From: an uncultured delta proteobacterium
Lineage (GTDB): Bacteria > Desulfobacterota > Desulfobacteria > Desulfobacterales > Desulfosalsimonadaceae
NCBI GenBank assembly: GCA_963826785.1
Contig: CAWGYD010000004.1
Location: 401,457-465,456, forward strand
DNA: 64,000 nt
Direction: 5' to 3'
Shown here piece by piece: positions 8,667 to 18,164 of the stretch (within the stretch, counting starts at the first letter, position 1; each line of letters opens with the position of its first letter). The notes under the pieces were generated by a model, which worked only from the letters and a program-made list of their open reading frames with translations, ran no database searches and was not told the DNA's origin. The position numbers and the translations under genes were made by a program.

Positions 8667-10091
8667 TTACCCGTTGATGGACGCAAACAGGTGTTCAGCT
8701 GTTTTGACCCATTGGGCAAATGCGGCGCCATCCCATTTCTCCGGATACTTCCGGTAGTGGCTGAATATCTTTTTGCCCATGGTGGTGGCCCGGTTCAGCT
8801 TCATCAGCAGCCCGGGGCGGGTGATCCCGTTGACCAGGGTGCTGACCATGGTCGCAAGATCCGGGGGTTCGAAGATGCCGTTGATGGTGGGGGTCAGCAT
8901 ATTGCCGCTCATGATGTCTTTTTTCATCAGAAACGTGAGATCCTCGTGGGACAGGTCCTGCAAAATTTCCTTCAGTGCCGCCAGTGCCGCAAAGTGGCTG
9001 CCGCGCCGGGTGAACCAGAGATGATTATACGGCCAGAGATTCTCCATGGTGCAGGCTTCTTTCTTCAAGGCGGCCTGGATGGTTTCGGCCGCCAGCAGTG
9101 CGCCGGTCAACGCCCCGCCCACGCCGCACCCCGTGGTGGGGATCACCTGGCCGGCGGCATCGCCCACGGCCAGGAACCCGGGGGCAGCCAGTGACCAGGG
9201 GGACTTGCCCACCAGGACGATGCCGCCGCCCCCGCGCAGTTCCTCTCCGGTAATCGACGGCCGCTCGGCGATCATTTCCCCGATGACTTTCAAGGGATCG
9301 ACCCGGCCGGGCTCTTCCCGGACCCCGCCGCCGATATCGATGGAATCCTTATGATGCAGATGCGTCCAGAAGTATCCCTTGAAGGCGCCGTATCGGTAAT
9401 GGTCCGTCAGATCGTCATCTGCTGCAAGCTTGACATCGAGCCGCCGAACCGTTCGGCAGGCATATGCCAGGTCTCCCCCGGAAAATGCCGTTCGGATTTC
9501 CGGTGCGCCCGCAAGTTTCGTGCGCAGCTGGGAAAGATACCCGGTGGCGTCCACCACCATGTCCGCTGAAATTTCAGCAGTGGACCCGGTTTCCATATCG
9601 GTGACGATCAGCCCCTCCACCCGGATGCTTTCCAAAGATGCGTCCGTGTTTCCGATCAGCCCGTCCACCCGGTGCCGGTAGAATATCTTGGCCCCGGCGG
9701 CTCCCGCCTGTTTTGCCAGGCGGGAGCCGAGCACCTTCCGGTCGGTGGTGATGTACCTGAATTCCACCCCGCTGCGGGTGGCCCCTGAAAGGTCGGGAAA
9801 CCGGATCTGGAGCGGATCGATCCGGTGGGGTTCGAAGATGTTGTCGTCGTCTTCGCCGGATTTGACCAGCTTTCCTTTGAATCGGCCGTCCACCACCGCA
9901 GGGATATCGAATCCCGCAGCGGCCAGTGCCGATTTCTCCACCGCGTCGGACCAGTTGTGCCCAAGCGTGCCTTCCGATTTCAGTTCAAAGACCGCCACCG
10001 AGATTCCGGCTGAAGCCAGCTGCCGGGCCAGCAGGGTGCCCCCCGGCCCTGCGCCGGCGATGACGACCTGGTAATCCTTTGGAGATTTCAT
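8667..10091 (-). CDS. FAD-dependent oxidoreductase, geranylgeranyl reductase-like
   Basis: IAGAGPGG, VDATG, GYFW and VGDAAGQVIPTTGCGV; ATG 10091 follows GGGAGGGG. Confidence 0.85.
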   Translation of the reverse strand: MKSPKDYQVVIAGAGPGGTLLARQLASAGISVAVFELKSEGTLGHNWSDAVEKSALAAAGFDIPAVVDGRFKGKLVKSGEDDDNIFEPHRIDPLQIRFPDLSGATRSGVEFRYITTDRKVLGSRLAKQAGAAGAKIFYRHRVDGLIGNTDASLESIRVEGLIVTDMETGSTAEISADMVVDATGYLSQLRTKLAGAPEIRTAFSGGDLAYACRTVRRLDVKLAADDDLTDHYRYGAFKGYFWTHLHHKDSIDIGGGVREEPGRVDPLKVIGEMIAERPSITGEELRGGGGIVLVGKSPWSLAAPGFLAVGDAAGQVIPTTGCGVGGALTGALLAAETIQAALKKEACTMENLWPYNHLWFTRRGSHFAALAALKEILQDLSHEDLTFLMKKDIMSGNMLTPTINGIFEPPDLATMVSTLVNGITRPGLLMKLNRATTMGKKIFSHYRKYPEKWDGAAFAQWVKTAEHLFASING

Positions 10092-10466
10092 GAGATCTTC
10101 CCCTCCCAATTTGGATGATAATGATGAAATCTAACTCTTTATCGGAACAACCGTCAACCAGTTTCAGAAAGAGGTAGCGCGACTGTTCGATTTTGTCGGG
10201 ATTTACTGGTCGCACACTGTCTTTGGCGCCATGTTTTACCGAGCCGTGTGCCCATGACAACGTTTATGGCCATCACCGCATCCACGCGCCGGCTTTTCAG
10301 AAACTTATTTAATCTTGTGAATTGAATAAATCAATTATGATCAAAATTACAATAGAAATTAAGAATTTGACTCAACATGGCCCCTGGTCTATGGCTTACC
10401 CATAAACTGGCGCGATCACGGATCTGTTTGCTCCGCCGCCAAAAATATCAAACCGGAGTGTAGACC

Positions 10467-11669
10467 ATGAATAATGATCCATCCACCTTTGAGCCCTTGA
10501 TTAACGATGGTCTAAACGGCCAGCCGCCTGCCAAGCGGGTGCTGAAGTATGTTCAGTCCAGAAAAGAGAGGGGCGCGCCCATCGCAGGCGTCTATTGCGC
10601 CTATGCGCCGGTGGAACTCCTGCAGGCCATGGGCATTGTGCCCGCGGTGTTGTGCGCATTCTCGAAAATCCCCATCGAGTCCGCCGAGTCCGTTCTTCCG
10701 GCCAATTTGTGCCCGTTGATCAAGTCCAGCTACGGCTTTGTCCTGGAGGGGACCTGTCCCTTTTTCGCCATGGCCGATACCGTCATTGCCGAAACCACAT
10801 GCGACGGCAAGAAAAAGATGTTTGAACTCATCTCCGAGGTCAAGCCCATCCACGTGATGGATCTGCCCCAGCTTCCCGATGAAGCCGAGGCGCAGGCCAA
10901 TTGGCGCCAGATGATTATCAAGCTCAAGAATTTCCTGGAGAATCGTTTTAATATCAATGTTTCCGACCGGCAGATCGAAGAAAACCTTCAGATGTCCAAC
11001 CGCAAAAACCGGCTGATGCGAAAGATTTTTGATTTTGCCGCCATGCATCCGCCGGTGATCAGCTGGCAGGAAATGTACGAGGTCTGCTGGCTGGCACTGC
11101 CGTCAACGGGGCAGGAGATCATCCCGCTGCTGGAATCGGTGGTGCAAAAGCTGGAAAACCGTGCGGCCGCCGGCTGCCACTTCGGAACACCGGATTCCCC
11201 CCGGGTGCTGGTAACGGGAAGCCCCGTCAGCGGGGATGCGGCCAAGATCTTCAAGGTCATCGAAGCGGCCGGGGGGGTGGTGGTGGCCCCGGATAACTGC
11301 ACGGGGATGAAGCCTTTCATGGGTGATTTTGCCGAAAACACGGGAGATCCCATCGGATCACTGGCAAGCCGGTATCTTAAAATCCCGTGCGCCTGCATGT
11401 CCCCCAATACCCGCCGCCTGGATGCGCTTTCGGAAATGATTGAAAAATTTGCGCCCGACGTGGTGATCGACTTTATTCTCCAGGCCTGCCATGCCTATAA
11501 TGTAGAATCCTACAAGGTCGGCAACCACGTGACCGAAAACCACGGGGTGGCCTTCCTGAAAGTGGAATCCGACTATTCTGAGACCGACATCGGACAGATC
11601 AGGACCCGCATCGAAGCCGTTTTTGAAATGCTGCCCGCCAAAAAGAAGGCCGGGGCAGGGGCATTGTAG
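10467..11669 (+). CDS. 2-hydroxyacyl-CoA dehydratase family, double-cubane cluster protein (DCCP)-like
   Basis: YCAYAP, NLCPLIKSSYG, TCPFF, ETTCDGKKKM, NCTG, IPCAC and QACHAYNVE cysteine pattern. Confidence 0.85.
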   Translation: MNNDPSTFEPLINDGLNGQPPAKRVLKYVQSRKERGAPIAGVYCAYAPVELLQAMGIVPAVLCAFSKIPIESAESVLPANLCPLIKSSYGFVLEGTCPFFAMADTVIAETTCDGKKKMFELISEVKPIHVMDLPQLPDEAEAQANWRQMIIKLKNFLENRFNINVSDRQIEENLQMSNRKNRLMRKIFDFAAMHPPVISWQEMYEVCWLALPSTGQEIIPLLESVVQKLENRAAAGCHFGTPDSPRVLVTGSPVSGDAAKIFKVIEAAGGVVVAPDNCTGMKPFMGDFAENTGDPIGSLASRYLKIPCACMSPNTRRLDALSEMIEKFAPDVVIDFILQACHAYNVESYKVGNHVTENHGVAFLKVESDYSETDIGQIRTRIEAVFEMLPAKKKAGAGAL

Positions 11670-11828
11670 TGCCCTGATCACTTTGTCAGGATGCCAGGCG
11701 GTCGGCTTTGACCTTCAATCATGCCGCCGCTGCATCGGGGACCAGACGGTCAATCCCTTTTTTTCTCGTTTTTCAACCCCCCCCGCCATTTTCTGCGCGG
11801 GGGGCATTTCTCAGCCCCTTTCAGGACT

Positions 11829-12575
11829 TCAGTCGCGTTTATTCAAGGGGCATACCTTCAGGCATTCGTCGCAGGCCAGCCAGTAGTCATTTCCCGCCGT
11901 GTTGATCACCCGTTCGATATGCTTGAGGCCCTGTTCGTCCTTGAGGGCCAGGGGATAGATGGCATGTTTGATGGTATGGCCCAGGCAGGTCATCTTCTGA
12001 AACTCCCCGGTTTCAGAAAAAGCGCTGGACTGGCATTTCTGCTGGCAGGCATGGCATTTTTCCGGGCAGGGCATCTGGTCGTTTACCGGGTCTGCCGGCA
12101 TTGGCGCGCTGGTGATCACGGCCCCGAGCCGCAGCAATGCGCCGTATTGCGGATGATACATCAATCCGCTTCTCCCGAAGGCCCCCAGGCCGGCGTTTAC
12201 GGCCGCATGCTTCAGTGAAATCATTCCCCACGGTTCAAATTCATGAAAAACCAGCGGGGCGTAGCTCGGGATCATCACCGTATCGAAGCGGCCCTGATCC
12301 TCGATGAAGTTGCACAATTCGAAACTGATCTCGTCCAGGTGCCGGTAGACCGTATGATAGGCGCGCTGAAGAAGATGCAGATTGTACGCCGGAGACGACA
12401 GAACGCCCCTGGACACGGGGATGCCAAATACGATCACGGTCCGGGCATCCTTGCACACCCTTCCCGGATGATGCGCCTCCGGTGCGGCATTAAACCGGTC
12501 GATGGAAGCAAAGCCGAGTGCGGAGACCCTGCCGGAAAGAAACTTTGTGATCGATTCTTTCAAAGCCATATTCAT
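11829..12575 (-). CDS. QueG/reductive-dehalogenase-like 4Fe-4S protein
   Basis: ISLKHAAVNAGLGAFGRSG, CPEKCHACQQKC and ACDECLKVCP; ATG 12575 follows GGAGG. Confidence 0.8.
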   Translation of the reverse strand: MNMALKESITKFLSGRVSALGFASIDRFNAAPEAHHPGRVCKDARTVIVFGIPVSRGVLSSPAYNLHLLQRAYHTVYRHLDEISFELCNFIEDQGRFDTVMIPSYAPLVFHEFEPWGMISLKHAAVNAGLGAFGRSGLMYHPQYGALLRLGAVITSAPMPADPVNDQMPCPEKCHACQQKCQSSAFSETGEFQKMTCLGHTIKHAIYPLALKDEQGLKHIERVINTAGNDYWLACDECLKVCPLNKRD

Positions 12576-12616
12576 TTTATTTCCTCCTTCGTCTTCTTTG
12601 CGCAGGTCTGAAGAAG

Positions 12617-12648
12617 TGTATGCTGCCATACAAGTTACTTGCATACAA
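12617..12648. promoter_or_regulatory. Candidate MarR operator upstream of the QueG-like gene
   Basis: Palindrome TGTATG-CTGC-CATACA plus a second half-site (reverse complement TTGTATGCAAGTA); a similar TCGTATGCAAGCA lies at 13278 upstream of the MarR gene. Confidence 0.5.
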
Positions 12649-12812
12649 GGTTTGCCGGCTGAAACCGTTCGGTTACCCGCCGGGCTCGATAGATGCGGTT
12701 TTTTTGATTCATTGAATCAGACAGAGTGAATTTTCGCGGTCTTTGCGTCCTGACGAGCGATTCAGGCTTTTTGCAGTTTCATCCAAATTTTTCTGCCATT
12801 AAGACCGAAAAA

Positions 12813-13235
12813 TTACCCGATCGCCTGCTGCCGGACTTTCAGGAGCAGTTCTTTTAACATCGCCTGTTCGGCCGAACTGAGCGGCTGCAGGAACTCCCGG
12901 TTGGCCTCATCCGAAAGGGCCCGGATCTTGAGGGTGGTGCCGCGGCCTTTTTCGGTCAGGCAGATTCGGATGGCCCGCCGGTCTTCGGGATGGGGCCGCC
13001 GCTCGATGAAATTCCCCGCTTCCAGCCGGTCCAGTATGCCGGTAAGGGTCGCGCTGTCCAGAAGGGTCCGGCTGCCCAGTTCGCAGGAGGGGATTTCGTC
13101 CTCGTCCCCCAGGAAACCCAGTACCATTGCCTGGGCCGTGGTGAGGCTCAAGCAGGAAACGACATTGGACCAGAACCGGGCCCCCGCCTGGTTGGCCTTT
13201 GCCAGATGAAAAAATATGCAATCCGTGACTTTCAT
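12813..13235 (-). CDS. MarR family transcriptional regulator
   Basis: LDSATLTGILDRLE...IERRPHPEDRRAIRICLTEKG. Confidence 0.95.
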   Translation of the reverse strand: MKVTDCIFFHLAKANQAGARFWSNVVSCLSLTTAQAMVLGFLGDEDEIPSCELGSRTLLDSATLTGILDRLEAGNFIERRPHPEDRRAIRICLTEKGRGTTLKIRALSDEANREFLQPLSSAEQAMLKELLLKVRQQAIG

Positions 13236-13496
13236 GATGATATGGGGATATCCTTCGATTATGGTTATGTATGTGGCTCGTATGCAAGCATTAATGTGAG
13301 CGTTTAGTCAAGATAAATTGCGTCAACTCTTTTTTCTTTCCAAAATACCTTTTGCAGGGCCGTCAAATACATCATCTACCCCATATGCACATCCCCTGCT
13401 GCTGAAGGAAATTGAGTTTGACTTTGACGCTTTTTCAATAATTCAAATGAAGCGCAGAAGCGAAGCGAAAGTTTTTAAATTGAAAGGCGGTGCGGG

Positions 13497-14771
13497 ATGA
13501 TGAAATCGGGGGGCGGCATGAATACAGACAAAATGCGCAAAATGTCCGGTACGATCCGGATTCTGGCCATTGCGGTGGTGCTTGTTTTTGCGGTGTTCCT
13601 GGGTCGGCAGGTCTTCAGCGGGTTTACCCCGTCGGACCGGATACCGGCGGATGCCAAATCTGATTTCGGTTTGATGGCCGAGGCATGGAATGCCATCCAG
13701 GCCCACTACGTGGACAGGTCGTCCGTAAAACCGGTGCCAATGACATATGGCGCCATCAGCGGCATGGTGGCTGCCCTGGGGGATGATGACCACAGCACAT
13801 TTCTCACCCCGGAGATGCTCAAGAAGGAAAACGAATATACGCAGGGCCAGTATAAGGGGATCGGTGCCGAGGTGAAGATGAAAAATGGACAGGTGACCGT
13901 GGTAACGCCAATTGACGGCTCCCCGGCGCAGAAGGCTGGCCTCAAACCCGGCGAAGTCATCCTGGCGGTTGACGGCCAGAATGTTTCCGGTCTCAAGCTG
14001 ATTCAAGTGGTCAAACGGATTGCCGGTCCGGAGGGTACCGAGGTCACCCTTTCGATTCTCGACCCGGTTACCGGCAAAACCCGCAAAGTTACATTGGTGC
14101 GGGCCGAAATTACCGTGGACAACGTGAGCCTGCAGCGGCTTCCCGGAACCCGGATCGACCATTTGCGGATCGCGGGGTTCAGCGAAAATGTCACGAAAAA
14201 CCTGAAAACAGCCCTCATGAAGCTAAAGAGCGACGACTCCGCAGGGATTATCCTGGACCTGCGAAACAATCCGGGCGGTCTTCTGGAAAAAGCCGTTTCC
14301 GTCGCCAGTCAGTTCCTGGCCGGGGGGAATGTGCTTCTGGAAAAAAACGCCCGGGGGAAGATCAAAAAGGTCCCCGTGGAAAAGGGGGGCGCGGCACTGC
14401 ATATACCCATGGTGGCATTGGTGAACGGCGGCACCGCCAGCGCCGCTGAAATTGTGGCCGGGGCGCTTCAGGACCACGGCCGGGCAGAGCTGGTGGGAAC
14501 CAAAACGTTTGGCACCGGGACGGTGCTTCGGGAGTTTCCCCTGTCTGACGGTTCGGTCATGCTTCTGGCAGTGGAGGAGTGGCTGACGCCGGATGGCAGA
14601 ACCATCTGGCACAAGGGAATCGAGCCCAACCGGGTAATCGATCTGCCGGAAGGTACCGCCCCGCTGTTTCCTATGGAAGAACGCAACATGACCCCGCAGC
14701 AGCTTGAACAGAGCAAAGACCGGCAATTGCTTTACGCCTTGGGCCTTCTCACCGAAAAGCAGGGCCGATGA
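13497..14771 (+). CDS. ctpA: S41 family C-terminal processing peptidase (PDZ plus protease domain)
   Basis: YKGIGAEV, DLRNNPGG, TASAAEI, TFGTGTV and KGIEP; the true start may be ATG 13518. Confidence 0.92.
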   Translation: MMKSGGGMNTDKMRKMSGTIRILAIAVVLVFAVFLGRQVFSGFTPSDRIPADAKSDFGLMAEAWNAIQAHYVDRSSVKPVPMTYGAISGMVAALGDDDHSTFLTPEMLKKENEYTQGQYKGIGAEVKMKNGQVTVVTPIDGSPAQKAGLKPGEVILAVDGQNVSGLKLIQVVKRIAGPEGTEVTLSILDPVTGKTRKVTLVRAEITVDNVSLQRLPGTRIDHLRIAGFSENVTKNLKTALMKLKSDDSAGIILDLRNNPGGLLEKAVSVASQFLAGGNVLLEKNARGKIKKVPVEKGGAALHIPMVALVNGGTASAAEIVAGALQDHGRAELVGTKTFGTGTVLREFPLSDGSVMLLAVEEWLTPDGRTIWHKGIEPNRVIDLPEGTAPLFPMEERNMTPQQLEQSKDRQLLYALGLLTEKQGR

Positions 14772-14842
14772 TGCCCCAATTCGGAACGCGGCCCGGTTAT
14801 TCTTGTATCCTGGAGATCACGCACGGCTCGGGCCCTTCCTTT

Positions 14843-15165
14843 TCAAATATGCAGGGCCGCTAAGTAGATGCCGGCCCCGTTGGTGGAAAATGCGAACCGC
14901 ACCAAAAGTTTTTCGGCATACCGCTTGGCCTGGGCCAGCCCCTCGGTGTCGGCACATCCCGGCGCTTGGCCTCGATCACGGCAAGCTTCTGGCCCCGGTA
15001 GATCAACACATAATCGGCAATCTCAGCTTTTGCCCGCTGCCCCGCCCCCTGAATCCGGCCCGGCGCGATCACCTCCCGGCCGATCCGGCTGGCTGCCACC
15101 AAGGCCCATCCGGCGGCCTTTAAAGCCGGATCAATCAGTTCGGCGCGGGTTTCGGCTTCATTCAT
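14843..15165 (-). pseudogene. hsdR: Type I restriction subunit R, N-terminal fragment (frameshifted and truncated)
   Basis: MNEAETRAELIDPALKAAGW...ADYVL...VIEAKR; after a 1-nt slip near 14950 the other frame reads DTEGLAQAKRYAEKLLVRFAFSTNG, then stops at 14843. Confidence 0.88.
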
Positions 15166-16171
15166 CGGCGACATCCCGGATCAGCATGTTCATGATCAGC
15201 CGTATCATAGTCTCCTTGTTGACGGGATCGGATTCGGCCACCAGCAGCGTGAGGGCGGTCAGCCCGATATCATTTATTACCGGCTCCCCCTGCTGGTTTG
15301 CCAGCCGGCCGTTCCGGTGCAGAAAATCGATAAAGAGAAAGGCCGCACTGCGCTTGTTGCCGTCGGCAAACGGGTGGTTTTTGACCACAAAGTAGAGCAG
15401 ATGCGCCGCCTTTGCCTCCACGCTGGGATAGGCCGGCTCACCGAACACCGTCTGATCCAGGTTGCCCAGCAGCGCGGCCAGGCCGTCTTTGTTTTCCCGC
15501 GCAAACAGGTCGGTGGCTTCTCCGCGGGCCATCAAATCGGCTTTCAATCCGGCCAGCGCAGCCCTGGCTTCGTTCACCGAAGGCAGGCGTCCGCCGGATT
15601 CCGCCCTGGGCTCGGTCAGCAGCCCCTCGTCATAGCGCTGCAGCAGTAAAAAAGTCTGGGCATACCGGGTGATGATCTCCACCAGACCCCGCCCGCTGTC
15701 GGTAGTCAGCTCCCGGCTCCGGGCGGCCTTGTGCACCAGGTCCATGGCCGCTTCCAGCTCCCGGGCGTTTTCCTCGAAGCGCCGCCGGTTCAGGGTCCAG
15801 CCCCGGGTGAGATGCTCCCGCAGCACCCGGGTGGCCCACTGGCGAAATCGGGTGCCCTGATGCGATTTAACCCGATAACCTACTGATATAATGATATCCA
15901 AATTGTAATGCTCTATCTCCCGTGAAACCCTCCTGGAACCCTCCTGGCGAACTATCCGGAATTTCCGGATGGTTGGTTTCCGCTCAAGTTCACACTCGGC
16001 AAAAACATTCTGGATATGCTCATTCACCGTTCGCACATCCTTGCCGAAAAGCGATGACATCTGCTTCTGTGTCAACCATACAGTGTCACTCTCGGGGTCC
16101 AGCAGCACCTCTACCGGTTTATTGGCATCCTGATAAATAACGACAGCGCCTTGGGTGTCGGCATTGTTCAT
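15158..16171 (-). CDS. RhuM-family DNA-binding domain fused to a Fic/Doc domain
   Basis: VWLTQKQMSSLF, YNLDIIISVGYRVKS..GTRFRQWAT (RhuM); HPFADGNKRSAA (Doc-type Fic motif). Confidence 0.92.
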   Translation of the reverse strand: MNNADTQGAVVIYQDANKPVEVLLDPESDTVWLTQKQMSSLFGKDVRTVNEHIQNVFAECELERKPTIRKFRIVRQEGSRRVSREIEHYNLDIIISVGYRVKSHQGTRFRQWATRVLREHLTRGWTLNRRRFEENARELEAAMDLVHKAARSRELTTDSGRGLVEIITRYAQTFLLLQRYDEGLLTEPRAESGGRLPSVNEARAALAGLKADLMARGEATDLFARENKDGLAALLGNLDQTVFGEPAYPSVEAKAAHLLYFVVKNHPFADGNKRSAAFLFIDFLHRNGRLANQQGEPVINDIGLTALTLLVAESDPVNKETMIRLIMNMLIRDVADE

Positions 16172-16605
16172 GCGGCGGCCTCTTTGATCTGACGGGTGTC
16201 GGAATATCCGCTCTGAAACCGGCTGCGGATCTCTCCGAAAATCTCGCCAATCTTATATTCTATGGTGTCCGGACCGGCGGCCCGTTGCTTAAACCCCCGC
16301 AAATAGGAAAAGAGTTTTCTGTTCACGAAATCGACCAGGTCGTCTCCGGTAAGCGCCGTGTCATGGTCGAAACCGCCGCCGGCCTTTTTGGGCGCGGCCC
16401 ATGTTGACCAGCGGAAATGATCCTCGATGATGTAATCATAGGATTTTCCCACCAGGGCGGCCTGCATGGCCCGCTCGTGTTCCAGATCATCGAGATACTT
16501 TAAAAACAGCATCCAGGAGGTCTGCTCGGTATAGTCCAGCTCCGTGGCGCATCCCGCCTCTTTCCGGAGCACGTCATCGATATTTCGAAAGGTTTGTTCG
16601 AACAT
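16168..16605 (-). pseudogene. hsdM: Type I RM methyltransferase HsdM, N-terminal fragment only
   Basis: MFEQTFRNIDDVLRKEAGCATELDYTEQTSWMLFLKYLDD...IEYKIGEIF..FQSGY, then an unrelated tail; no SAM-binding or NPPF motif. Confidence 0.88.
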
Positions 16606-16671
16606 TTTTTTCGTCTTTTCAGTTTGTCTGCCGTGATGCCGCCCGCCGCAGGTGTTTTCGGTCCGATGCGG

Positions 16672-16929
16672 TTACAACCCTGAACGCTTGCGCATGACAT
16701 TGTCATGCGCTAACTGGTATTCATAATGCGCTGCGATATCATTTACATTGTGTTCATCAATTTCCAGTGCTTCTTTTGGAACCTTTTCATTGGCTTTTTT
16801 TATCGCTTTCAGGATTCCTTTCCCCTTGCGAAGCCATCTTAATACCTCATTATCATAGCGTACCTGGTCTTTGGTGCGATCACCGATAACTTCATTTGCG
16901 TTTTTCAGATATTGTTCAAGCAGGTCCAT
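16672..16929 (-). CDS. Hypothetical protein (85 aa, AT-rich)
   Basis: ATG 16929 follows GGAG; charged helical sequence MDLLEQYLKNANEVIG... Confidence 0.6.
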   Translation of the reverse strand: MDLLEQYLKNANEVIGDRTKDQVRYDNEVLRWLRKGKGILKAIKKANEKVPKEALEIDEHNVNDIAAHYEYQLAHDNVMRKRSGL

Positions 16930-17335
16930 AATCTCCCATTTCCGTAATTGTTCAGACAAACCGCAGTTCAGCCGTCCGGTGATAATCCAGCCGGAGATTT
17001 GCATAAATTGTGCATTTCGGAATGTCCTGTTGAAAAAAATCACATTAACAGCATGATTTTTTTATATAAAGAATAATCTGTGGTGTCAACTCAGGAAATG
17101 ATGAAAAGACGAAAAGATGCTGCCGCGGCACACGGGAACCATCTGTTTGTCGAAATGCGCATTCTTCTAAGGAAGTGGATTCAATTAAAACCGCCTTGAC
17201 GCTGCACTTGTCTCGTTGTATCGATTTATTTTATGGAATAATATGTTTCAATTCAGAAAGTCGATCCATGCGTCGGCTCGGAGATCCAAAAGAAAAATGA
17301 TGGCCGGTCCGGCATGGCCTGGAAGAGGAGAATTC

Positions 17336-17953
17336 ATGAAATGCGATTGCAGGCACTGGGATGCCATATTTTCCAATACGGAAGATTCCAAACTGGGGTG
17401 GTATGAAAAAGACACGTCAAAAACCTTTGCGCTGCTTAAAAAAATACCCGGCTGGGATAAAGCATCTGTATTTCTGCCCGGAGCGGGCACCTCGGTGTTG
17501 ATCGAGGATCTGCTTTCCCGGGAGGTCCGGCTGATAGTAAACGACATCAGCAGCGAAGCGCTAAACCGGGTCCGGCAAAGACTTGAGGATCACTCCCGTA
17601 TATGCGGCTGGCTGTGCCAGGACATCGCCCGGCCGATTCCGGAGCCCGTTCCGGCAGCCGACATATGGATCGACCGGGCGGTGCTGCATTTTCTTACCGA
17701 TGAAGAAGACATCAACGGGTATTTTCAAAATGTCCGATCCGTTTTAAGGGTCGGCGGCCATGCGGTATTTGCGGAATTTTCATTGACGGGGGCACCCAGA
17801 TGCGCAGGGCTGGTCCTCCATCGCTACTCGGTGGATGAACTGGCGCAGCGCCTGGGGCCGTCCTTTGAGATGATCGATCAGTTTGACCACACCTATATCA
17901 ATCCCTTCGGCGATCCCCGGCCCTATATCTACGCTCTGTTCAAAAGAGTATGA
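17336..17953 (+). CDS. Class I SAM-dependent methyltransferase
   Basis: HWDAIF, LPGAGTSVL, VNDIS and WIDRAVLHFL; ATG 17336 follows GAGGAG. Confidence 0.88.
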   Translation: MKCDCRHWDAIFSNTEDSKLGWYEKDTSKTFALLKKIPGWDKASVFLPGAGTSVLIEDLLSREVRLIVNDISSEALNRVRQRLEDHSRICGWLCQDIARPIPEPVPAADIWIDRAVLHFLTDEEDINGYFQNVRSVLRVGGHAVFAEFSLTGAPRCAGLVLHRYSVDELAQRLGPSFEMIDQFDHTYINPFGDPRPYIYALFKRV

Positions 17954-18065
17954 TAAAGATCACAAGAGTGCTTTGAAATCGCGGCTTGGGAGTTCAATGT
18001 ATAGTTGAAGGTTTGGTTTGGAAACCGCTTTCAAGGTCTCTAATTCGGTAAATGCTTAAATAATT

Positions 18066-18123
18066 TCATTTTTTTGTTTCCGCAGGTCCGACACCCCCCT
18101 TTGTCCCCCCTCAAGGGGGGAAT
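18066..18123. repeat. Family A REP-like element with extended left flank
   Basis: TTCATTTTTTTGT..CCGCAGGT.C.ACACCCCCC...CCCCCCTCAAGGGGGGAAT; nearly the same flank precedes the copy at 31381. Confidence 0.8.
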
Positions 18124-18164
18124 GAATGGGAGCGGCGGTTCGGTTTCATCCAATCGGCGCGATT

